A DNA stretch of 64,000 bases from Lytechinus pictus (Eukaryota): contig NC_087250.1 of the NCBI RefSeq assembly GCF_037042905.1, positions 14,014,001 through 14,078,000 on the forward strand, given 5' to 3'. Both the position numbers and the translations under genes were made by a program. Below the pieces are notes generated by a model that made no database searches, was not told the origin of the DNA, and saw nothing but the letters and a program-made list of their open reading frames with translations. Each line of letters begins with the position of its first letter. Position 1 is the stretch's first letter. Positions 39,202 through 52,300 of this stretch are shown in pieces.

Positions 39202-39434
39202 ATCTACGTGTGAAAAATCAGCTGAAACCTGAAGCTGTTTTTACTTGCACTTGCGACGTCTATGCGCATTGCGTAAAATATGCGCAGATCATGATACGCA
39301 CAAACATGACTGTGGAACGTACTTAAAATGAACTTATTATAAACACTCGGGTTCGTAATCACTCGCGTCGCGTTGGAAATCACTCGGGTTTTGGATTTTT
39401 GCGATTTTTTTTTTGTTTGTTTTGGTGCGATTTT

Positions 39435-40579
39435 TTGTCTCACCTGCATAGCAGAGTGAGACTATAGGCGCCGCTTTTCCGACGGCGGCGGCGACGGCGA
39501 CGGCGGCGGCGACGGCGGCGGCGGCGGCGGCGGCGGCGGCGTCAACACCAAATCTTAACCTGAGGTTAAGTTTTTGAAATGACAGCATAACTTAATATGT
39601 ATATGGACCTAGTTCATGAAACTTGGCCATAAGGTTAATCAAGTATTACTGAACATCCTGCATGAGTTTCACGTCACATGACCAAGGTCAATGGTCATTT
39701 AGGGTCAATGAACTTAGACCATGTTGGGGGAATCAACATCAAAATCTTAACCTAAGGTTAAGTTTTTGAAATGTCATCATAACTTAGAAAATATATGGAC
39801 CTAGTTCATGAAACTTATACATAAGGTTAATCAAGTATCACTGAACATCCTGCATGAGTTTCACGTCACATGACCAAGGTCAATGGTCATTTAGGGTCAA
39901 TGAACTTTGGCCGAATTGGGGGTATCTGTAGATTTACCATCATAACTTTAAAAGTTTATGGATCTGATTCATGAAACTTGGACATAATAGTAATCAAGTA
40001 TTACTGAACATCCTGTGAAAGTTTCAGGTCACATGATCAAGGTCAAAGGTCATTTAGGGTCAATGAACTTTGGTCAAATTGGGGTATTTGTTGAATTACC
40101 GCCATAACTTTGAAAGTGTGTTGGTCTAGTTCATAAAACTTGGACATAAGAGTAATCAAGTATCACTGAACATCCTTTGCGCATTTTAGGTCACATGACC
40201 AAGGTCAAAGGTCAATGAACTTTGGCTTAATGGGGGTATCTGTTGAATTACCATCATAACTTGGAAAGTTGATGGATCTTTCTCTTGAAACTTGGACATA
40301 AGAGTAATCAAGTATCACTGAACATCCTGTACGAGTTTCAGGTCACATGATCAAGGTCAAAGGTCATGTAAGGTCAATGAACTTTGGCCACGTTGGGGGT
40401 ATTTGTTGAATTACCATCATATCTCTATAAGTGTATGGGTCTAGTTCATAAAACGTAGAAATAAGAGTAACCAAGTATCACTGAACATCTTGTGCGAGTT
40501 ATAGTAGTTTTCAAAATCAGCACTGCTGCTATATTGAATCGCGTGATGCAGGTGAGACGGCCAGAGGCATTCATCTTGT
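39435..40579 (+). mobile_element. HINE/DINE-like (Helentron-associated) element
   Basis: GTCTCACCTGCAT / ATGCAGGTGAGAC subterminal IR, (GGC)n microsatellite near the 5' end, about five ~185-bp internal tandem repeats, inserted in a T-run. Confidence 0.8.
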
Positions 40580-42199
40580 TTTGTTTTGGTGCGATTTATT
40601 TTCTAACGGTGTCTTCAATGGGACAAACACGCTGGGAAAATAAAATGAAATTGAAATGCGAGCCTCGTTTTAAGCCGGCAAGTGCCTTAAATAAAATGTA
40701 CTCGATTACTGTTTTAACACAACAAACAAGCAAATTAGTTAGCCATGTGGCTCAACTAACTTAGAATAGATCCGGACTTCTACTGTGTCCTATACGAGGG
40801 CTCCGAGTCGGAACTTGCCATAACTGCCACATCGATATTACATCGCATCATTCATATATGCGGATATGCCTGCACGCAATGGCCCCAAGGCGGGACCCGT
40901 CTGCGGTCGGACACGACGTGCATCAGTAGCATATGGAGCAAGCTCACGTGAGTCGAGCCGAGGTAGATCCAACGTACGTTATTCAGTAACTGTGCCAGTC
41001 AGTCCGCAGCCCGTCCGAAAGTATTTTATTCAACGGTATGCATAGCCAGCCATCCGTGGTTTAATGCATATATACAGTGCGTCCCAGAAAAAAACGAAAC
41101 CGAGATTAAGCGATGATTTATCATAAATTAATCACAAATTAAATAGGCAAATGACCTATCAATGTAAAGCTTAGAATCTCCTCTTTCATCTGATTTTACT
41201 AAGATTATTCCTCATTCACGCATGAGTGAGCAAAAACAATTTGAAGAAAGGATACCAAAAAACTCATTTGGCGGGGGTATCTAAATTTCAAAAAGAAAAT
41301 CACATGCCTAAAAAGATCAATATCTGCTCTTTTATTTGATACCTTAATCACAAAAAATGGTCAAGAAGTAAAAAAGTTATGTTCTCTCGAATCAATGCTT
41401 GTATTTCCATAATTTCATTACATAAACGTGTTTTCACCGGTTTCCCACAGAAGCTATCGCATGGTTAACAAAAGACTTATAATGCATGGCTGATCGTCAA
41501 CAAAACGGAGTGTCAAGTGAGTTTGAACGCTAGCCTGTAGAACCTCTTCATTTTATGAAATTATTGAAATTCAAGCCTTATTTCAAATAACCAGAACTTT
41601 GTTATTTCTTGTCCATTTTCTGTAATTGAGGTATCACAAATTAAAGAGCAGATATTGAACTTTTTAAAAATATGATTTTCCTTTTGAAACCCAGATCCAG
41701 CCCGCCAAATTACTTTTTGGTATCCCCTCTTCAAATTTTTTTTTCTCACTCATGCGTGAATGAGAAATAATCTAAGTAATTTGATTTGATTTTATTTTAT
41801 TTCAGCATTTTTCCAACAGAAATTATTAACAAACATAGTGTACAACATAAACAAATATTATGTGCACAGTTGACGTGTGTGCATGTGTTTGTGCATGTGC
41901 AAACGTGTGCGTGTGTGCAAATGTATATTTAAATTGTGTGTGTACTGTATAAGTGTGTGTGTGTGTCGATATATGAGGGCGTGGGGGTAGTATTGATTAG
42001 GAATTATTGAATGGTTCCAGGATTACAGCTTGAAACGATAGAAAAGTTTGATACTATGACTATACTTTTTTCAATACATGAATTTTCTGATGTAACAGTT
42101 TATGAGATCAGATAGAAATTAAAAATTGACCAAGAAAATTGAAAATTGAAAATTTACCAAGACCCGAAGAACTCTTTTTATATATATTTATGTATTAAT

Positions 42200-45100
42200 C
42201 AGAATTGTATTTGCGTATCATAAATTTTTTAAAGGATGATTTGAATGAGTTAAGAGAGGGACACTGTTTTAAGTATTGTGGTAAGGAATTCCAGGTATCT
42301 GGTCCATGATGGCGAACTGATTTTTGAGCAAGAATAAGTTTGGGGTTGTGTAAATGATAATCGGAAGAATGGCGGGTTGGATATGCATGTATATATGAAT
42401 TGAAATTGAATAGATTTTGGAATAATGATGGAAGATTATTGTAAGTGTATCTAAACGAGGCGGAGGGGTCGAGGAGGCAGATCGGCGAGGGTTTGGGAGG
42501 GGTCGGACGGGCGGTGGGAGGGTTGTGGGCGTTTGAATGTTGCGATCACTGATGCTGTGGGGATCCTCCCATTGGCGGTGCGACGGGGATGTGTGGTGTC
42601 GCATGTTAGCAGCTTTCCCTTTAAATGGACTGTGAGATGCCGGCCCAGGGGAGAGTTGTTCGCAGGTGGCATCGCACATCTTTGTTGCGTTGCCGGTGTG
42701 GGGGTCTCCGTAGCGTTGGTGATCGCATTGTTCGGGTGCTCGTGGCCCTCTCATTGTTTGTCCGATTTTTCTCGGGCTTTCGTTGGTCTGTTTTTTTGAT
42801 TTTTCTGATTTAACACGGGCTATTTTGTTCTAAGGGTTTCATTCTCCTCTAATACTTATCATATGAAGCATCATTGTGAAAGGTTGGGGTGGTGTTATCA
42901 GATTATCTTGCCGTGATTACTTAACTAGTTCGAACTGAATTTCATTTTTTTAATGTCATAATATAATTATTTACAGTATTTTGTTATCATATTTCAGTAG
43001 CTATGTAATCTCATTTTTTCAATGTCCTAACATAATTATTTACAGTATTTTTTTATCATATTTTAGTAGCTAAGTTTAAATATTTATATGTATTTTGCAT
43101 CATGATATTATTGTAACTTTATATGTTTTTTATCCCTGTTAAATCAGGACATTGATGTAAAACAGCAATTTAGCTGATCTTTTTATCCTGAATAAATATT
43201 TTCTAATAAATAAATAAATGAATAAACATAAATATACCTGTTTGTAGAGTGTGAATTTCCTGTATTTTAAGTGCATTTAAACGGTGAAATAGAGGTTCTG
43301 TGTGGGAAAAATAATGTGAATGAGTAACGTTACGAATTGCTCGTTTTTGAAGAAGTAGAAGAGAGTTTATTTTCGTTATACTACAGTTACCCCATACAAT
43401 ATTGCAATACATCATATGTGAAAGTACTAGGGAGTTATATAGAACCAATAATGATTTTTCAGAAAGAAAGTCTTTTAATTTGTAAAAAAATCCTATGTTT
43501 CTTGATATAGATGTATGTACATTGTGTATGTGTTCATTCCACGTTAGATTGGAGTCAATTGTTACTCCCAAGAATTTGGTAGAGTGCTTTTCAGTAAGAG
43601 GTAAACCGTCCATTGATAAATTGGGACCTGGTAAGTGTAGATTAGCTTCTCGAAAGTGTATAAAATTGGTTTTGCTTATGTTAAGTGAAAGTTTTGTTTG
43701 TTTTAAACCATTGGGATATTTTAGAGAGTTCTGAATTAAGAATATGAGTTAGAGTATCTAAATTAGCATGGGAATATAAAATACTGGAATTGTCGGCAAA
43801 AATTATGAAATTTAGAATTGGGGATGAATTTATGATATCATTAATATATATAATAAAAAGTAGGGGTCCCAGATTTGATCCCTGTGGTACGCCGCACTTG
43901 ATATTTTGTTTTTGTGAGTTTTGAGATTGGAAATGTACGTATTGTTGTCGATTATATAAATAGTCTTCAAACCAGGATAATGCTTGTCCCCTTATTCCAT
44001 ATGATTTTAATTTATGAATTAATATTTTGTGGTCGATTGTATCGAAAGCTTTCGGAAGATCCATGTAAATTCAAATCAAATGTTCCTTTCTGGTGAAAGC
44101 TTCAATATTTTTGTCGTACATATATAATAAGGCATAATCTGTTGAGTGTCCTTCTCTAAAACCGAACTGATTAGGAATCAAAATATCATTGTTTTTCAGA
44201 AAAGTAAAGAGTCGTTTATAAATAATTTTTTCAATAATCTTAGATATTGATGGTAGTAAAGATATGGGCCTGTAATTGCTGATTAAGGAGGAATCTTCTT
44301 TTTTATAAATTGGTATTACTTTTGCGAGTTTCAGGGAATCCGGGCATTTGCCTGTCGAAAGAGAGAGATTAAATATATTGGATAGTGGATGAGCAATGTA
44401 ATGAATAATTTGTTTAAGCAAATAAACGCTAATTCCGTCATGCCCACAAGACTTGCTAGATTTCAGTTGTTGAACAATACTAATTATTTCAAGTTCATTA
44501 GTTGGTCTTAAAAATAGTGAGTTTTCACATGCTGGAGATAGGAATTTAGTGAAATGTGAATCATTAACATGAATGTTTGAGGCCAGATTGGGACCTACAT
44601 TAGTGAAATAATCATTAAATGCATTTGAAATTGTTTCTGGGTTAGTAATTTCTTGGCCATCAACATTAAAACTATTTGCAATATCATGTTTTTTCTTACC
44701 TAAGAGATCGTTGACAGTTTTCCATAAAAAAAGTAACATTATTTCCGTTTTCCTCTATATTTTTTTAATAGTACAGTTTTCGAGATAGACGAATAATGGA
44801 TGTCAATTTATTTCTATATTTTTTATATTTGTCAAATTTTTCCTTACATTGAGTTTTTAGAGCTTGCTTATAGAGTTTATTCCGTTTTGATATTGATCGT
44901 TTAATGCCCTTTGTGATCCAAGGCTGTTTATTCTTTTTAAGGACTTTATTTTTTACAAGAGGTATGTTTTTGTTATAATAATGTAAGAGTTTTTGAATAA
45001 ATATTTCATAAGCAACATCAGCGTTAGTTTCGTTCAAAACTTCATTTAAATCTTCTTCAGCTAAATCAGTTTTTAGTGCATCGATGTTGCGTTGGGTTTC

Positions 45101-45830
45101 TTTTCTGTGCATTCCTTTTTTGTTTTTATTTGTATGTTGTTGAATTTTAGCTTGATTAGAAATAACAAATATAGGTAAATGGTCCGAAATGTCAGAATAA
45201 ATTATGCCGTTTATGAAATTTTTGTTAGTTACATTGGAAATGATATTGTCAATGAGAGTTTTAGACGTAATTGATATTCGTATCGGATTACTAATGTGCG
45301 GGTGGAAAGAGTATGAAAGCAATGAGCTAGTAAATTTTAGAGTGTAATTATTGTCAGTATTAATAAGATTAATGTTATAATCTCCCATTATGTAAATGTC
45401 TTTATTTTCCCGAGAAATAAAATTAAGACATTGATCGAGCTTATCTAAAAACAAATCAATGTTACCATTTGGGGGTCTGTACACATTACCTACGATTATG
45501 TTTTTTTACTGTTTAAAATTTCAATGAAAATATCCTCCGTGCCTTGGATATGTATATCTGTCCTTACTTTAAAATTTATATCATTGCGCATGTACAAGGC
45601 AACGCCACCCCTTTTTAATACCGTGCTCACGGTCAGAATGAATCATTTTATAATTATCAATGTTAAATAGAGGTGGTGAGTTTTTGTGCAGCCAAGTTTC
45701 TGATATACCGATAATAGAGAAGGGGTAATTGTTAATATCGGAAAGAAGTAATTCAATAGAATCAAATGATTTATTTAAACTTCTAGCGTTTATGTGCAGA
45801 AGACCTAAAGAATGACTAGACAAAATATGA
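42200..45830 (-). pseudogene. LINE ORF2 (AP endonuclease + reverse transcriptase), frameshifted
   Basis: LLHINARSL, IGISETWL, YRPPN, IMGDYNINL, SDHLPIF (EN). NYRPISLL, QFGFR, KAFDTIDH, GVPQGSNLGPLLF, FADN, KFLGVTID (RT). C-terminus resumes below 42456. Confidence 0.92.
42457..43228 (+). mobile_element. Unclassified retroposed insertion within LINE ORF2
   Basis: TAAAC duplicated at both sides. Removing it restores GIFMFRYTYNNLP. GC-rich 5' part, (TAAA)n tail. Confidence 0.6.
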
Positions 45831-48309
45831 TTTTGAACACTAGCAATGCTGTTAAAGGATGTGTTGGTTTCAGTTGTAATAAAAGAATCATTCGGTTAAA
45901 CGTTGAATTTATTATTAAAATCTTCTGTTGTGAAATATTTACTTTCTGAGTCATGCATGCTTTCGTCACGGGGTATCATTTAAACTTTTTGAATGAAACC
46001 GTAATTGTGGAAGAAGAACTGTGTTGTGAATTGAGGGTAAGGGTGTGTGTGTACACACGCACACACACACACACACACAGACACACACACACACGTGTAT
46101 ATGTATTTGTTGTGGTTGGTAGAGTGTGACGGGTTGTGCGAGTGCGGGAGTGAATGTGTGTGCGCACGGGTAATAATAGGGGAACATACTTGCATGATGT
46201 GACAATGCATGACATGAAAAACAAGCGGCTTGGGCACGAAAGAATACCATGTCCAACTGAGATGCTCCTTAAGTGGATTTTTGTAAATTGCGATAGGAAA
46301 AAAAAAAAAAAACACTCTACTTAGCTGAGAAATACAAATTGTTAAGGACGGTTGTATGCACCGAGTGAATTAATTCAAATAAGTATGATAAAATTTATGT
46401 TTACGATGGTTTATCCTCTCCACCAATGTTTACCGTGTTTTGTTGTTAATCCGGAATATGAATAAGGTGAGTCAATTTCTTAGTATAATCAATAATAACC
46501 TTTTGACGAAAAGAAGAAGAAAAAAAAGTTACCGGGCATTTATATTTTTGTATAGGTTAGGTTTCAGAATCTATACATATTAAGCGAATAACATGGTCAA
46601 AGAGCATTTGGTGGAGAGGTTAGAATTGATAAAACTCGGGAATTGTTTCCTTTGGCTAGTATTCGTTTGGACTCGCTCGAAACGCTTAAGAACATGAAAC
46701 ATTTGATGTGGTTATGCCTCTTAAAAGGAATGATGATCGTTAGTATACTGTAAATACAAAGAACAGTCTTGGTAGGGCTTGTATTATAATACATCTCCAC
46801 ATGGATGGAATACAGGAGCCTGTACAATGCACTGAACGCTAAATTACTAAATTAAGTGTCTCCACTCTGATAAGCAGAAAGAATGGAAAGCGTTGCACAC
46901 CTCATGGCAATCTTGCTGATTTGTGAAAGGGTATTCAGAGCACGTCTTTAATGTACAATACTGATCTGGCTAAGTTTGTTTAACAAGGTAAGTATTATCC
47001 CTATTTTGAATAAGTGAATATCCCAATTGTTGATTACATTTATGCTTGTCGTTATGCGACACTAGTTAACAAATATAAGTAATTGTTGTGAGATTAATAG
47101 GGTTTCTTATAGCCAACGTTCCGTATTTGGTATTTGGTATTAGCATGTCAAATATCTTCTTTTTTTTGGGGGGGGGGGGTGCTCCATAAATAAAAGTATC
47201 AGCTTCTTCTCTGCTGTAAGCGGATGGACACTTAAAAAAAAGATCATTATGTTATAAAATATGGCTTTATGATATGATATAATTATATAGAATTTGGTTA
47301 TAGGTTTGTTTTATACCGGTGTATAACCGGGATCAGGTATAAAGGAAAATCATTTCAGGTTAGTATACATGATACATAAATCCATTCCCAAAATCGTGAT
47401 TCATAAATTCATTTTTGCATATGTAGATGAATGTGTTACTGAAAAGAAACGTATTTTGTAGCTCAATATCAGATGAGAGGAGATTTTAAGCTTTACAATG
47501 GTAGGTCATTTGTCTATTGTATCTGTGATTAAGTTATGATAAATCATCGATACATCTCGGTTTCGTTTTTCAAGTTTGTGGGACGCACTGTATATACGTA
47601 ATTAGACCAAAAGCTTCGGTCTCTCTTATGTTCGTTGTTCCGCTGAACTCCGTTGGCTCTACTCACTAAATACAGAGACCAAAGTTCTAGCTCGATCTGT
47701 ACAGGGACTCAATGGCCATACGTTTATGTATTAAGTTCCAATAAAAAAGGGAAGTGAAGTTGCGCGACAGCCGAAGTAATTTGTCACTGTTTTTCCCCTT
47801 TTAAGTTTATTTTTCCCCGTTTTTTGGTGAATTTTAGGACAAAACGGAATAATAATCTGTATTTTGGTACAGTTCTTTTCATATATTTTTATGAAATAAA
47901 AACAAAAATCGATGAGCCCCGTCTGGGGGATTTTGCATTGTTAACCCCCTAATGGTGGCGGCACGATAGCGAGCTGTCTGTGTACGAGGAGAAATAAAAA
48001 TGTTTAAAAACTCCTCGAAACAGACGGCTGTCAGCTGTCTAATACGTAATGAGCTTTGAGGACGATCTTTCCGATAGGCGTTTTAAAATTTTGCTCTTAA
48101 TTATTGTCCATTTCTCATAAAATTGGTATTATTTTATAGATAAAATGGCCATATCGTGTTTTAAGTAACTGGAGACCTAAAAAATTCTCGAGACATTGCA
48201 TTAGGTGATGTGCTTGATTGATCTTGTTTGTGCTCGCGTGCGAAACGTGTACGTTGAGCTGAACGGGGATCAGTCTTTCTCTCTGTCTCTCCTACCTTTC
48301 CGAAATTAA

Positions 48310-48890
48310 AGGAGAATAAAACCCTTGAAACCAGCTGAATCCATATCAAAGAGAAAAATCAAAGAAACATATTGTTGAAAGTTTGAGGAAGATTGAATGA
48401 ATAATAAGAAAGTTATGAGCATTTGAATATTGAGATCACTAATGCCATGTAGTTCCTCCCATTGGCAATGCGACCAAGATCTGTGATGTCACACACGTAC
48501 AACTCCCTCATTACTTTAGTACTTATTTCACTTATATTCTCACTTTTATAGAGTCTATCACAAAATGAGGTGTTCTCTTTATGAGAGGACAAGTACAGAG
48601 GTTTCACAACATTATATCATTGATGAATCGTTTATGATTAGAATGAGCAAAAAGAGATGTTTTGGGGTATATTTTCAGTGTCCAAAAGGGGAGAGTTGTT
48701 CATCTGTGACATTATAGATCTTGGTCGCATTGCCAATGGGAGGATCTCCATAGCATTAGTGATCTCGACATTCAAATGCTCATAACTCTTCTATTGCTAG
48801 TCCTATTTTACTCAAACTTGTATTGATCTTATTCTTTGATTTTTTTCTGCTTTCACAAAAGCTAACTTGCTCCAAGAGTTTTATTCTCCT
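48310..48890. mobile_element. Kolobok-like MITE
   Basis: TTAA-AGGAGAATAAAAC ... GTTTTATTCTCCT-TTAA. Near-identical inverted copy at 55004-55593. Confidence 0.85.
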
Positions 48891-49329
48891 TTAAAACAGT
48901 CCCTCGATCGGACACAGTTATTAAGACGCAGGACAAATAATGCTCTGACAACCACACTAACATCTCGTCAGCATCAGTAAAAATGTGAATGGGCCTTTAA
49001 AAATAATACTAAAACTGATCTAAAATTGATATTAGATCGATTTTAAAATTGATTTTGAAAATTGATTTTAAATCAATTTTAAAATTGTAATTGTACCTTT
49101 TCTAATTAACCTATTTTAAAATCGGCTCCCGATTTTACCCGATTTTACCACAATCGGCGATCACCTGCCGATCTTCGATCATGCCCCTTGAAGGAAAAAA
49201 TCGGATATAAAAAATCGGCGTAGATCTAGTTACAGTGCGTGATCGTTCAGAACATATTTCAAGATTTTTTTTTGAGGTGCTAGCTATTTAGAGGTCGCAT
49301 TAATCAGGGAGAAAGACGCGGTATTATCT

Positions 49330-49595
49330 CGATCTGACGATGTTTACGAGGATAGATATCTTCTCTTCATCATCGTGTTGAAAGCGGACGCCGCCGTGAA
49401 CTTTTAAAGGTCGTATTACCGACGGACATCACTGCGCTACTCTCTTACCCCCTTTATGATGATAGACAACTTCTCTTTAACCTCGTGGTGATAGCGGACC
49501 CCACCGTGAACTTTTAAAGATCGTACTACTGACGGAGTTCATAACGTTACTCTCTTACATCGTTCATGATGATATACATCTTCTCTTCAACCTCA
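49330..49595 (+). repeat. ~120-bp tandem repeat (two copies plus a partial third)
   Basis: GATAGA..CTTCTCTT..TCGTG..AGCGGAC..CCGTGAACTTTTAAAG.TCGTA repeated. Confidence 0.7.
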
Positions 49596-50868
49596 ATTTA
49601 TTTGTCTTTGCAACTTCGTCGGGAGATGCTTATTTTATATTTCTTTTTGGATATCAAAAGTTCATTATTCAAAATAGTAATAAATTGATTTAAAAACGCT
49701 AGCTCCCCAAAGCATTTTAATTGCACTTGCGACTTTAAGATGATGCGTCGTATGAGATCAAGAGATCATTCCAATAATTCTAAATCGCTAGCACCTAAAA
49801 ATGCTTATAAAAGATGTCCCTCCGATCTTTCATTAACCTGTGATCTATGATAATTATTTTCATTTTATTTTCCTTTGTGACTTTGTCAGGAAGATGCACG
49901 CGACCGCGAACAAAATTTTGATGTATTCCTTTGTATTTAAACATCGCCGATTCGAATTTCGAATCGATTTCGATTTTAGAAGCTTAACTGCCGATCCGAT
50001 TTTCGACCTGATTTTTGATCCGATTTACAACATTACTCTTTTCCCTCCTCTTAAAAACCACTCTGCCACTTTTAGACAGTTATGATTTTAAAATCGATTT
50101 CAAAAAGTATTTTAAATCGATTTTAAAAAGCTCAAACATATTTAAGACATTTGGCTAGCCACGATATCGCCTTATCAATCCCTATTACTTACTCCTCCTT
50201 TAGGGCTCTCCCTGTATTAAAAAAAAATAAAATCCCATAGACGGAGCCGTAAAGGAGGACTAAATAATAAGGATTGACAAGGCGATATCGTGGCTAGCCA
50301 ACTGTCTGAAAGTGGCAGAGTGGTTTTGAAGGGAAAAGAGGGGTTGATGGAACAATTCAGTTGATTATGAATATCAAATTGATTATAAAATCGATTTTGA
50401 AATCAATTTTACAATCAATTGTAAAGTCGTATTTCAAATTGGTTTTAAAAGCTCAAACATTTCTAAGGCAGTGTGCTAGCCACGATATCGCCTTGTCAAT
50501 CCTTATTATTTAGTCCTCCTTTAGGGCTCCGTCTATGGGATTTTAATATTTTTTAGGAGAAAATAATAGGGATTGACAAGGTGATTTCGTGGCTAGCCAA
50601 CTGTCTCAAAAAATGTTTGAGCTTTTAAAATCAATTTAAGATACGATTTTAAAATCGATTTTAGAATTATAACTGTCTAAAAGTGGCAGAGTGGTTTTGG
50701 AGAGGAAGGAAAAGAGGGGTTGATGGAATAATTAGGACAGGTCTAATTAACGATTTAAAAATTAATTTTAAAATCGATTTTAAAATCAATTTCAAAGTCG
50801 ATTTAATTTTAGATCAGTTTTAGTATGAGTTTAAAGGCCCATTCACATTTTTACTGATGCTGATGAGA

Positions 50869-52300
50869 CAGGCGCGTAGCCGGGGGGGGGGGGGCGGTGG
50901 GGGCGGTCGCCCCCCCAAAAAGGGGAAAAAGAGGAGAAAAGGAGAAGCGAAGGGAGGAAAGGGAAGAAAGGTAGCTTTGTGGGTTTTTCTTCTTATTCTT
51001 TATTTTTTCTCAAAAGAGAAACTCCTTCATTCTTGCTCTAAAATTATATAAATTTTGCTTCCGCGCTGTGCGCGGTTAAATGACAATATTGCAGTTCTCT
51101 TTTGTATCCCCTCACCCTTTCTCTAACCCTGTTTGTCCACCTGAGCTTCATGTGTTTCTTGCCAGTTAAAGTTCAAATGTATACATTAGGGCATGGAATT
51201 AGACATGTTTTATAGCTCCATGGAATTAGAGTAAGGTTAGTCCGAAGTATATGAAGTTATCTTTTTTTTTCAAATTGATCGCGCAACTTCTGGTCGGGTC
51301 GGCTCCGGGCGGGTAAAATCTTTATATAAATTTCTGCCGTCAACTCCATATAGGCAACTTCTCTCGCTTTTCAGCTCATTACTGAACAACCATAATTTGG
51401 GGGCAAACAGGTACCTAATTTAAAAAGAGGAAGGTATACAATTCGTGTCGTATTTAACAAAAAAAAGGTACAATATTTTTTTTTTCAAAATCTATTAAAA
51501 TTCATTTCCCTGCACATTCATCTCCTGTCCTGTTTTGCGCCCTCAATTTGAAATTTCGAATGACACTTAAGTTTCTTTATCATTCAAAATGAAGCGCTTC
51601 AGGATAATAGTCAAGAAATCATCCTTTTTTATATAATTTAAATAAATCACAGAAATATCAACTCTATGCGCACTATTTTCCTTGTAATGAAGTTCAATAA
51701 TCTTAGAAAATCAATTGGAATTAGAGCCGATGGGGTATAAGAGATATCTGCATTTGATGAAACGCCCACCCTTTGAAATTTCAGAGTTTCGTTGCTCTGG
51801 GCGGGGAAAAATATCTTCCTCCCGGTATATACCCTTCTTCTCCTCTGTTTTGCGAGTTAAAGATATAATTGTTTGTAATCAAATCTGATCTTTCCAACGG
51901 AAGCATTCATTTTAACTTAGAGAACCCTTATCTCGAGACCCTCTTCTTTGGAAAAAAAACTTGATAAAACGCTTTGGCTTCCGCGCTTCGCGCGGGATAA
52001 TTATTTTAATTTCCTCCATGTTATCCCTTTTTTGTGCACAATCACTTTTGAAAACAAGGTTCAAAATCACAATATAGTCAACTGAATTGGAGCTGATATA
52101 GATACTAGAGACAAGAGAGATGGCTCCTTTTTCATTTTAATTTATGAAACACCGAAAGCTTCGCGTTTCGCGTGGGAGGGGGAAACTCACCCTCCCTGCA
52201 CCCACCCCCTAGGGAGCGCGCTTCGCGCGCTCTGTAAAGGTTGGCACGCTTCGCGTGCATTAACCGCCCCCTCCAAAATGAAATCTTGGCTACGCGGTTG
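50869..52300. mobile_element. hAT-like non-autonomous element
   Basis: Perfect 8-bp TSD TGATGAGA. Ends CAGGCGCGTAGCC / GGCTACGCGGTTG. Confidence 0.85.

Larger units (their letters stand above)
41781..47467 (-). mobile_element. Near full-length decayed L2/CR1-clade LINE
   Basis: (TCAAA)-type tail at ~41781-41800, ORF2 with endonuclease and RT, and it interrupts the MITE right arm. The 5' part (45900-47467) is not independently resolved. Confidence 0.8.
41075..47590. mobile_element. Tc1/mariner-type palindromic MITE split by a LINE
   Basis: TA-CAGTGCGTCCCA...AAACGAAACCGAG and CTCGGTTTCGTTT...TGGGACGCACTG-TA. The empty site is visible at 1715-1728. Confidence 0.85.

Noticed and set aside
48413..48607. 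Duplicated small ORF (also at 55290-55490)
   Set aside because: Both lie inside two copies of the same TTAA-flanked MITE.
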